Shown here: piece after piece, positions 26,479 to 36,100 of the stretch | Position numbering within the stretch: position 1 is the stretch's first letter | Layout: the number at the start of each line of letters is the position of its first letter | NCBI GenBank assembly: GCA_010909165.1 | Contig: MU008204.1 | Span: 141,810 to 205,809 of the forward strand | Source: Anthoceros angustus | Taxonomy: Eukaryota; Plantae; Anthocerotophyta | Reading direction: 5' to 3' | Length of the DNA: 64,000 nt | Position numbers and translations under genes: made by a program | The notes under the pieces: generated by a model | What the model was told of the DNA's origin: nothing | The model's input: only the letters and a program-made list of their open reading frames with translations | Databases searched by the model: none

Positions 26479-26672
26479 CTACAACCACATTGTAGGTTTC
26501 CATGCTCTGATTATGTTAGACATCAACACATGTGTTCTGGCGTCATTTTCGTCTAACGTCACAAAAGGGTTCATTCTTACTTGTCGAGTCCATTCATGTC
26601 TGTTCACCAGCTTGGTCGAATGAATAGCGTGCCACCTCCACATTGCTCCATTTTTTGTAAGCACTCAACGGA
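26479..26672 (-). pseudogene. Scrambled copy of the PPR E-domain 3' end
   Basis: Short segments are near-identical to 27320-27590 (tgtt(a)gacatcaacacat, cgtc..tttcgtctaac, ttggtcgaatgaatagcgtgccacctccacattgctcca, ggttcattcttactt) but rearranged. Translation includes LDENDARTHVLMSNI. Confidence 0.85.
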
Positions 26673-27401
26673 TTAGAGCTGGTGAACAGACATGAATGGA
26701 TTTGACAAGTAAGAATGAACCCTTTCTTTCACAAAATGAAGAACCGAAAAAGATATCAGAGGCATCTCGAAGCATTCCCCAGGGCGCCGTGCGGGTCACA
26801 ACGAGAAGCCAGTTGTATCACATGCTCTAAACGACATTGAGTTACTCTACGACTTTGATCTTCTACGACAAACCTACGATATCCGCGCTCTGCGGTGAGC
26901 ATTTCAAAGGCAGGCATGCAGATTTGAGCAACACGCTCTACGGTGAGCATTTCCAAAGCAGGCATATAGATCTGTTTGCTCAATATCTGGGTGTACGGAC
27001 AAGCATGTTCCCAAAGAGTTGTGGTAAGGACTGTATCTTCCGCTGGCAGGATATATATATTCTACTATGTAAGAACATACCACACCTCTTTGGGAACATG
27101 TTAGTACGCCCAGATCTTGAGCAGACAGATCTGCTTGCCTACGTTCGAAATGCTCACCGCAGAGCGTGGATATCGTAGGTTTGTCGCAGAATGGAGTAAC
27201 TCAATATCATTTAGAGCATGTGATACAGCCGGCTTCCAGCTTCTTGCTGTGACCTGCACAGCGCCCTGGGCCTGCTTCGAGATGCCTCTGATTTCTTTTT
27301 CGGTTCTTCATGTTGTGAAAGAAAGGGTTCATTCTTACTTTGTCGAGTCGCCAGCTAAAAAGCTATGCACGAGTCCGTTCGTGTCTGTCCACCAGCTCTG
27401 A
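26673..27401. repeat. Long inverted repeat (arms about 26673-27026 and 27078-27401, loop about 50 nt)
   Basis: The plus strand from 26673 (agagctggtgaacagac...gtaagaatgaaccctttctttcacaa...cagaggcatctcgaagca...acaaacctacgatatcc.cgctctgcggtgagcatttc...catgttcccaaagag.tgtggta) matches the reverse complement of 27078-27401 segment by segment. Confidence 0.92.
27060..27334 (-). pseudogene. Degenerate DYW cytidine-deaminase domain downstream of the PPR stop
   Basis: After the stop come ALC(+1 nt)GHSKKL (canonical LCGHSEKLA; the inverted copy reads GHNEK), then TNLR 70 nt after the His codon (canonical spacing about 72 nt), then AVSISNVGKQICL (cf. ATKLISKIVGREIIV) and a RGV.CS-like end. No intact CxxC or DYW tripeptide. 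Confidence 0.7.
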
Positions 27402-30049
27402 CCTGGCTGTTTCCATGCTCTGATTCCTTTTCTCCTTACCTGCATGTCCTCTGCCTGTTCCCACATCTCAGCACCAGTGTAGATGTTAGACATCAACACA
27501 TATGCTGCGGCGTCGTTTTCGTCTAACTTCACTGCTTGGTCGAATGAATAGCGTGCCACCTCCACATTGCTCCACTTCTGGCAAGCACTCAACATGGTGT
27601 GCCAGACAATTTCATTAGGCAGAACTGGCATTGTGGTCACCAAAGTCAGTGCCTCATCCAATCTGCCTGCACGGCCCAGGAGGTCCACCATGCAAGTGTA
27701 ATGCTCGATGGTCGGAGTGATGCCATAGTCTCTGCTCATGTTGTCGAAAAGCTCTCTCCCCTTGTTCACTAGGCCAGCATGACTGCAAACTGATAGTACA
27801 CTTAGCATTGTAATGCCGACTGGCTCTATGCCTTCGTCTTTCATTTTCTGCAGTAAGTTGAAGACCACTTCACTGTCTCCTTGACAGGTGTAGCCAGCAA
27901 TCAGTGCAGTCCAGACAACATCGTCTCGTTCGGGCAATGCATCAAACACCTGCTGTGCGTCAATCATGCTCCCAGATTTACCATACATGTTTATCAAACT
28001 GCCTGCTACAAACATATCTGCTAGAAGCCCTTGCTCTTCAATCTGTGCATGGAGCTGTCTTCCCAGATTCAGAGCTGCCACATTTGCACATGCCTGCAGG
28101 AGGCATGCAAATGTCACAGAATCGGGTACAGTGATGCCTTCTTCGTGCATAGCACTGTAAAGACGAAGGGCCTCCTGGCCCATGCCCTCCTGGGAATATC
28201 CTGCAATCAAGGCAGTCCACGTGACCACATCTTTGTGCCCAAGTTCTTCAAACACTCTTTCCGCGTCCTCCAGGCTGCCACACTTTGCATACATGTTTAC
28301 CAAACTGTTTGTGACCAACACTTCTGCTTGGAGTCCTCGTTCTCTGATTTGTGTATGAAGCTGGTTGCCTCTCTGCAGTGCTGGGGTTCCCACACTCGCA
28401 CATGCCTGCAGGAGGCACACAAATGTCACAGAATCGGGTACAGCTATCCCCTCTTCTTGCATAGCAGTGTGAAGACGAAGCGCTTCTTGCCCCATGCCCC
28501 TCTGGGAATATCCTGCTATTATGGCAGTCCACGTCACTGCATCTTTTTTACCAAGGCCGTCAAACACTTGTTGCGCATCTTCCAAACTGCCACACTTTGC
28601 ATACATGGTAACCAAACTATTGGCTACAAAAACATGAGTATGATGTCCTTGTTCTCTAATCTGTCTGTGAAGCTGCTTCCCTGTCTCCAAGGCCAGGACA
28701 CCCAAACTTGCACATGACTGCAAGAGACACACAAATGTCACAGAATCAGGTACAGCCTCGCCTTCTTCCTGCATAACACTGTAGAGATGAAGGGCTTCCT
28801 GTCCCATGCCCTGCTGAGAATATCCTGCAATCAGAGCCGTCCACATGACCACATCCTTCCGACGAAGTCCATCAAACACTCTCCGAGCATCTTTCAAGCT
28901 GCCACACTTTGCATACATGTTCACCAAACTGGTGGCCACGAAGACATCAGCTTGGTGCCCTCGTTCTCTAATCTGCGCATGAAGCCTCTTCCCCATCTCC
29001 AACGCCTGGGCACCCAAACTTGCACATGCCTGCAGGAGGCACATAAATGTCACCGCAGTTGGCGCAACAACGCCTTCATCTTCCATAGCCGTGTACAGAC
29101 GAAGGGCTTCCTGCCCCATGCCATGCTGGGAATACCCTCCTATCATGGCATTCCACGTGACCACATCCTTTCCAACAGTTCCATCAAAGACACCTCGGGC
29201 ATCTCCCAAGCTGCCACATTTGGAATACATGTCAACCAAGCAACTACAAACGAACAACCCAGGCTGAAGGCCACTAGCCAACACATCATCATGCACCTGC
29301 TTCCCAGTTCTCAAGTCCGATCCCCTTGCACACGCCTGAAGGGCTGCCACAAACACATGACCATCAGGCTTCACACCAGACCTGCGCATCCGATCATACA
29401 GCTGTATGGCCTGCTTGTCTTGCCCCTGTTTCACATGCGCAGAAATTATGGAAGACCACATGAAGGCATCTGGCTCAGCTACCGTGGTGAACACGTCCAT
29501 CGCGTCTTGCAACCTGCCGTGGGAAGCATACATTCGCAGGATGTGATTGCCCAGGAACGTATCCGACTCGAACCCCCTTTTCGTCGCGAAAGCATGGACT
29601 CGGCGGCCCAGAACAAGATCCTTGCCCCCCATACATTTCTTCAGGACAGCAAAAAAGAGAGACTTTGGAATGGCATAGTCTTGCTGCACCAGCACTCCCA
29701 ACGCCTCAACAGCCTCAGTCAGACGGCCCTTTTCGCATAGCTTGCTCACGGTTTCGTGTCCTGCAGGTCTGCCAGGGTAAGGATCCTCCGGTAAGCTCTT
29801 CTTCAATTTCGAGGCACGACGACCCATCTCCATATCCAGAGTAGCACTCTGCGCAGCTGGCTTCCGTCCATTTCTGTTGCGCCTCGTGACTTTGTTGTTT
29901 GCGGCCGGCTGGTCCCTTGAGGTCAGGTGAGAGGGAGCTTTGCACAGAATTCGATTTAACATACCAATTTGTTGGGTCGAAAACAGCGGTGCGCACAATG
30001 GGTCATGTTGGCCATTGTGACAGTCAATAGCAACGCTCCAGACTGCCAT
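27335..30049 (-). CDS. PLS-class PPR protein, E class with PG-box, DYW truncated (organellar RNA-editing specificity factor), single exon
   Basis: Repeated P-L-S triplets (VVTWTALIAGYSQEGMGQEAL / SVTFVCLLQAC / VFVANSLVNMYAKCGSLEDA), then P2-L2-S2 (CSHAGLV..G; EHYTCMVDLLGRAGRLDEA), E1-E2, and QPGQSWWTDTNGLVHSFLAGDSTK*. First ATG at 30049, about 904 aa, with an N-terminal transit-peptide-like region. Confidence 0.95.
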   Translation of the reverse strand: MAVWSVAIDCHNGQHDPLCAPLFSTQQIGMLNRILCKAPSHLTSRDQPAANNKVTRRNRNGRKPAAQSATLDMEMGRRASKLKKSLPEDPYPGRPAGHETVSKLCEKGRLTEAVEALGVLVQQDYAIPKSLFFAVLKKCMGGKDLVLGRRVHAFATKRGFESDTFLGNHILRMYASHGRLQDAMDVFTTVAEPDAFMWSSIISAHVKQGQDKQAIQLYDRMRRSGVKPDGHVFVAALQACARGSDLRTGKQVHDDVLASGLQPGLFVCSCLVDMYSKCGSLGDARGVFDGTVGKDVVTWNAMIGGYSQHGMGQEALRLYTAMEDEGVVAPTAVTFMCLLQACASLGAQALEMGKRLHAQIRERGHQADVFVATSLVNMYAKCGSLKDARRVFDGLRRKDVVMWTALIAGYSQQGMGQEALHLYSVMQEEGEAVPDSVTFVCLLQSCASLGVLALETGKQLHRQIREQGHHTHVFVANSLVTMYAKCGSLEDAQQVFDGLGKKDAVTWTAIIAGYSQRGMGQEALRLHTAMQEEGIAVPDSVTFVCLLQACASVGTPALQRGNQLHTQIRERGLQAEVLVTNSLVNMYAKCGSLEDAERVFEELGHKDVVTWTALIAGYSQEGMGQEALRLYSAMHEEGITVPDSVTFACLLQACANVAALNLGRQLHAQIEEQGLLADMFVAGSLINMYGKSGSMIDAQQVFDALPERDDVVWTALIAGYTCQGDSEVVFNLLQKMKDEGIEPVGITMLSVLSVCSHAGLVNKGRELFDNMSRDYGITPTIEHYTCMVDLLGRAGRLDEALTLVTTMPVLPNEIVWHTMLSACQKWSNVEVARYSFDQAVKLDENDAAAYVLMSNIYTGAEMWEQAEDMQVRRKGIRAWKQPGQSWWTDTNGLVHSFLAGDSTK

Positions 30050-30079
30050 GGCTCGCAGAGATACCAGAGGCAGCCAGCC

Positions 30080-30118
30080 GGCGTTGATGACCAATACCAA
30101 GTATTGGTCATCAACGCC
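30080..30118. other. Perfect 18-bp stem, 3-nt loop hairpin upstream of the PPR start
   Basis: ggcgttgatgaccaatac-caa-gtattggtcatcaacgcc; the arms are exact reverse complements. Confidence 0.95.
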
Positions 30119-30834
30119 ATTTCCGCAGAGCAAAGCAACCCCGCATTCTCAACCCCTGTTCACCCCAGACCTCCTATCTTCCAAGACATAGTTGCATTAT
30201 GGTTGTAGATTTTTCCTCAATCCTCTGATCATGAGCAAAATGGAATAAAATGGATGAGTGGGAAGGTCATGGTGGGCTTTCCAACGAGTCCATGCTTGCC
30301 CTGGTATGAGCTTTTGATCTCCATATAGGTTGAAAGGAACGTCTTCGAAGATTTTCTCGAGATGACAAAAATTGCTTAATTTGCTTTGTGCACAACACCT
30401 TTCCTGGGCTGGACACTTGTTGATCGGCACTAAGGACACCCACTGATCATGTGGAAACCAAGGGATTATGCTAAACCATTCATTTACAAGGCCGAAAGGA
30501 ACGTGTACACTCTTCACACTCCGGAGTGCCATGGCACCAAGGTTCTATCCCCACTAACCTCCCTCTAACCTGACATCTATGCTACCGCGTCCTCAAATGT
30601 ATACGCATAAGTGCATGAGAGCCATACGTAGTCCGCTTATCCAACGCGTGGCACTTTCCCACTGGCTACACCACGGCACCGTGAACCGCGTACCAGCCAT
30701 GGCACATCGTCGTGGTGGCCGCGAGGAGCCCGCGCAATGTTGGTAACCCAGGCGGCCATGGCTGGGTTAGCATGGCCGCAACGCTTCTGTGAACGATGCC
30801 ATGAGATTCTTTATACTTACAATTGCCCAATTTT

Positions 30835-31034
30835 TTGGCGGTGCACATGGCTCAATAGCTTATGTCTTGGGACAAAATTATACAAAAATATTAATCAGCT
30901 ACCATGATTTATCTGCAGCCTCAAATGTAGGCCTTTGGCGGTGCACATGGCTCAATAGCTTATGTCTTGGGACAAAATTATACAAAAATATTAATCAGCT
31001 ACCATGATTTATCTGTAGCCTCAAATGTAGGCCT
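30835..31034. repeat. 100-bp tandem duplication
   Basis: ttggcggtgcacatggctcaatagcttatgtcttgggacaaaattatac...tcaaatgtaggcct occurs twice; gtgcacatgg at 30841 and 30941. Confidence 0.95.
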
Positions 31035-31972
31035 AAAGTCTCGAATTGGAGTTGTTGGGCGTTTTGGGATTAAGTGGAAGCGTGAGTTTAGGAAGAGTTT
31101 TTGCATAACCACGATGGCTGCATTGGAGAGCGTGTATTCTAGGATGGGTCACCTAATGAGAAAACGAAGGGTTATGAATAAATGTGCCCCCGGCACATTG
31201 CAAACTGTACCTTGAACTTTGTGCCTCCCCAAGCATAAGAGGGGAGCTTGAAATGAATTTTATAAGGAGACCACGTAGAAGGTTGGCTCCTGAGTTGCTC
31301 TTTGTTACCAATTGGTACTATAGACTATAGTCTTGCTTGGCTTTGCAATTGCTTGCGGAGTGCATCCTAGTCGATGATTGAGGGATGTCTGAGGTTGTCT
31401 CATATTGCTTTAACAAAAAGCTGATGGCTAATGTTTTTCTTGTGTGATATACTCATGCTTCCTCAAATCGTGACCTTGTAGCACAGACGTGTGTGATGCT
31501 TATGAGTTTGGTATCTACCTGCAAATGCAACAAAGTGTGAATATTCTAAATGGTATTCGTTTGTGCACCAGGACCCTTGTCTATGGAATATGAAGTGCAT
31601 GTGTGATACGCCCTTCTTTCCTATATCTATTTCCTAGCATGGCAGCCTCGGTGGGACCAACTCTCTAGAGCTGGCGGGAGCTCTCTATGACATCTGGTGA
31701 TTGCTGAATGACCTTTAACTTCCCCCGAGCACCTGGTTAGTCATGCACCACACCTCGTTAGTAGTTGATAATGTGGAAGCTTAGGAAAAACCCAAAGCTT
31801 ACCTCGTTTGTCCATAAGAAGCTGAACAAGAAGGTCTAGAGCTATCTGTGAAACATAGTACTGGTTAGGAGAGCCCCTAGCATAGTTCCATTTGGAATTT
31901 GAAACGCACCTCTTGTACTTAGAAAACTCTTCCTATCTGAGGTTGTCGTCAGGGAGTACTTAACCTCCAATT

Positions 31973-32470
31973 CTTCCACTTTTTACGGGGCCCCCTCGGA
32001 GGACCCTGATGAACATCTCATGATGTCCAACCGAATTCTGAAAAGTAGAATGCAAGGTACCGAGAAGAAACTTTTGAAGTACTTCCCATCATCATGAAAG
32101 CTGAAGTCTGGTTTGATAGCTTGGGTGATCTAAGTGGACTTGATTGGTCGGTGTTGTGCACAACCTTTTTGACACATTTCAAAAGCAAATTCTTTGTAAA
32201 AGACTTCTAAGAGGAGGAACTCAGTTGTTTGTACCAAGGTGACTAGGAGGATGTTACCGAATACGTGGAGCGAACTCAAGGGCTCATTCACAAGTTGGGA
32301 TACGCTTTTCTGCCAAAGAAGATGAATTAGAAGAAAGTCAAGACCAAGTTTGTGATGGGAATCCATGACGAATTTTTCACAAGAAAGATGGAAAAAGAGG
32401 CACTCAGCCTGAATGCCGTGATCTCGTTAGCTCTGGAGAGGAGGAAGCTGCGTACAAGATTCAGGCCTTA
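31973..32470 (+). mobile_element. Degenerate Ty3/gypsy-like retrotransposon gag
   Basis: Piecewise translation LPLFTG..EDPDEHL...KAEVWFDSL..LDWSVLCTTFLTHF...EEELSCLYQG..EDVTEYVER...KVKTKFVMGIHDEF fits the retrotransposon gag pattern (A..WF..L, W..L...F...F, L.Q....V.EY..RF). Several stops and frameshifts. Confidence 0.75.
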
Positions 32471-34640
32471 ACGACCAAGAAACAGTGTCTGCGCAAAAAC
32501 GATGGATTCTGAAAGACCTTTTTGTGCCTAATTGGAAGTTGACCATCCTAATTTAATATCAGCAAAAACACATTTTGGAATAGTTTTTACTCGTCAGAGG
32601 CATGTTTAAGCATGAAGCACATGCGGGCGGGCGGCCCGCACAGGCAAGTGTTTAGCTATAATGAGCAAAGGTGCCACCTTACTTGGGCCTTCCATAGATA
32701 AACGTGGCCCACAAGTCGCGTGCATTCTCTTGGTTAGGCCTCGCTTCTTGGCGGGTGTGGAAGACCACATGTGAACTAACCCCGCTCTCAAGTGTCAGGG
32801 TGAGCGATTTTTTGTTTTGGGTGTGTTAGAATAGCGAGTGCTTTGAGAATCGTCGAGTCGGGTCTTTTATACGGAATGGTCCTTGGCCCTTGGAGATAAT
32901 AATAATTTTTCGACCCTTAGGTTTGACCCGGAGGTGGGGTAGAAATAGAGTCCTTGGGTATTGGGAATTTTTAGAATAAAAGGTGTCTATATATGCTAGG
33001 GATGCTCACAATATGCCAGTTGTGTAGTCAAGTGGGGTGGTGGCTAGTTCCACCACGGTGGCGAAAGCAGGACGTCTGAGACCGGAATTTACAACCCTAG
33101 TGGCGGAGGCGGGACTACAGTCGGTCGGGCGGGAGAAGGCACACCCGGCCGCAGTCGCGACTTTCGGGAGGCGGTCGGAGGCTGCAGCAAGAGGCGCGTG
33201 CAGCCTTGAGCCAAATCAACATCTCGTGCGGGAGGAAGGCGAGAGCAAGGCGGGCGGAGGAGAGAAATCAGGCGCCGGCAAGTTCGCGAGGCGTGGAAGG
33301 AGCGCGAGGCGGCTTCGATTTTTTCTCTCTTGACCGGGATCTGCGGGGTAGTCGAGGTTTTGTTTTGGGAAACAACGAGAGAAGGAGATGGCGCCCAGTG
33401 CGGAAATCCCTGCGGTGGCCCAACATGGACCCTTTGGAAGTGAGGTGGCGCTGGTGCGGGGCTGGGCAAGTTCGCTTTTACGCCAAAGAAGATGAATTAG
33501 AAGAAAGTCAAGACCAAGTTTGTGATGGGAATCCATGACGAATTTTTCACAAGAAAGATGGAAAAAGAGGCACTCAGCCTGAATGCCGTGATCTCGTTAG
33601 CTCTGGAGAGGAGGAAGCTGCGTACAAGATTCAGGCCTTAACGACCAAGAAACAGTGTCTGCGCAAAAACGATGGATTCTGAAAGACCTTTTTGTGCCTA
33701 ATTGGAAGTTGACCATCCTAATTTAATATCAGCAAAAACACATTTTGGAATAGTTTTTACTCGTCTGTAGGCATGTTTAAGCATGAAGCCTGTCGCCAGA
33801 GCGGGGCGAAGCAGCTCGCCTGGGCAAGTGTTTAGCTATAATGAGCAAAGGAGTGCCACCTTACTTGGGCCTTCCATAGATAAACGTGGCCCACAAGTCA
33901 GGCGTCTGCATTCTCTTGGTTAGGCCTCGCTTCTTGGCGGGTGTGGAAGACCACATGTGAACTAACCCCGCTCTCAAGTGTCAGGGTGAACGATTTTTTT
34001 TGTTTTGGGTGTGTTAGAATAGCAGAGTGCTTTGAGAATCGTCTGAGTCAGGTCTTTTATACGGAATGGTCCTTGGCCCTTGGAGATAATAATAATTTTT
34101 CGACCCTTAGGTTTGACCCGGAGGGTGGGGTAGAAATAGAGTCCTTGGGTATTGGGAATTTTTAGAATAAAAGGTGTCTATATATGCTAGGGATGCTCAC
34201 AATATGCCACAGTTGTGTAGTCAAGGGGTGGTGGCTAGTTCCACCACGGTGGCCGAAACGGACGCATGCACTGTGGGGAATTTACAACCCTAGTGGCGGA
34301 GGCGGGACTACCAGGCGCAATCGGGAGAAGGGCACACCCAAGATCGCGAGGTCGCGACTTTCCGTGAGGGGCGAGGAGCGCAAGAGGGGCGCGCTGCACA
34401 CGACGCCAGCCAAATCACCGCCTGCGAGGAAAGGCGCGATCAGTGAGCGGGCGGGCGGAGGAGAGAAATCGGGCGCCGCAAGTTCGCGAGGAGGCGTGGA
34501 AGGAGCGCGAGGCGGCTTCGATTTTTTTCTCTTGACCGGGATCTGCGGGGTAGTCGAGGTTTTGTTTTGGGAGACAACGAGAAGGAGATGGCGCCCGAGC
34601 GCCGAAATCTCACACGCAGGGCCCAACATGGACCATCGGA
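32305..34640. repeat. About 1.17-kb tandem duplication inside a retroelement relic
   Basis: gccaaagaagatgaattagaagaaagtcaagacc... starts at about 32312 and 33482. The copies run collinearly to ...gggcccaacatggacc but differ by many small indels. Confidence 0.92.
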
Positions 34641-36100
34641 AAGTGAGAGCCGGCACCGTGTGAGCCGGGTCTCAAGTTCATGGAGAAGAAATGGTGCTCT
34701 GACACTGCATTGGTGCAAGAGTCGCCCGGCAATTAAGGACCAAGTCGCAAGAGGGTGACGCGAGGAAAAGGCCTGAGCGGGATTTGGCCCTCTTCGAGGC
34801 GTGTATGGGCGAGAAGCATCGGAGGATGGGAGCTTGGTGATTGACCCCAGTGAAGACCTTGAAAGGCTGCGTGACGCTCATGAAACTGGGAAGTGAGAGT
34901 GAACAATGGGTGGGTGACTCGCCAACTCGTGTCTGCGGTGGTGGGATTGGCCAAATGGATTTTGTGTTTCCTCTGAGCCGGAAGGCTGGATCATATGGCG
35001 GATCACTTCTTGGTTTTCTTCACGAGGTGGTCAAGGGTACACAAATTGATTGGGGAGGATGATTTTCGAAAGAGCACATGAGGAGAAGGCGAATTTACTC
35101 TCTTCTTCCCTCGGCCCTCCTTGATTTCGCCTTTTCGATTCATGTATTTGCGCATTAGGGTGTTTACGGAGTTGGGCATGTCATGCATGGTTGGAAGCCG
35201 GTCGGGGAACTCAAGGTAGAAGAGGAGGAATTGAAGGAGGATTCGGGCAAGGATTCCGGCGGTTGAGTCGCTTCCTGGAAGGTTCGGAAGAGGGTGGGGA
35301 AGTTTCCAAGGGTAAGAAGCGAAGGCGGCAGTCGAGCAGGGGATCGGCGAAGAAGGGGAGGCGCGGAGGAGGAACCACAGCCACACCGGGGTCACAGTCG
35401 AAGGCAGCGGAGCAGCAGGTAAGGAGGAAAAATAAAGGGAAATGGCAAGTTGCTCCCCTCGGTCTGAGGATGAATCGCTGCCGCTAGAGAATGAGGCGGG
35501 GAAGGCGGTGTGAGACCAACCCCTAGGAGAGGAGGGTTAACCCAGTGACCATAGCAGACTCGGGACATTTTGGCGACATTTCACCGAACCGTCCTACCGA
35601 GGTGGGGATAGGAGACACCACCTCGAGAATTGTTGTGGAGGCGGATGGGCAAGGGACAGCCAATTTGGGGATTTCGAGGTTTGACTTGACCATGGCACGG
35701 CGGATCTCCTCGATCAAGCGACCATGGCTCTCACTTGGTGAGTGTGCAAGGCCAGGAGAAGTTGCTCAAGGAGAAGTTGGAGCACAGGCGAGAGCAAGGC
35801 GGCCGAGGCCTTGAGCAGGAGTCTGAGCGGCCTTATGCAAGGCACAGGAGGCGATTAAGGACATGTCCACTCGGCGAGAAGCTTTAGTAAATCAGTCAAG
35901 GCGCATGCTACAATTGAAGAGCTTGGGATGAGGTCTCGCGAGTCGAGGCGGTGGGCGATGGCGCCCTTGGAGAAATTCAAGAAGGCGGAGAGGTACAAGC
36001 GGGAAGAGGCGAAGCTAGGGCCGAGTCAAGAGAGAGGTGGCCAAACCAAGAAAGGCCGAGACCACCGAGGCGAAACAACCACCGTGGGAAGCAACCACCA
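34640..36100 (+). mobile_element. Degenerate retroelement accessory-ORF-like region
   Basis: Fragment GSLLGFLHEVVKGTQIDWG resembles the I..G..IDWG motif of Athila/Tat-type extra ORFs and is followed by charged coiled-coil-like frames. Heavily frameshifted. Confidence 0.4.

Noticed and set aside
28031-29740. Long plus-strand ORFs (228 aa, 317 aa)
   Set aside because: Antisense shadows of the repetitive PPR coding sequence; the same applies to antisense ORFs over eIF4G and the MBD gene.
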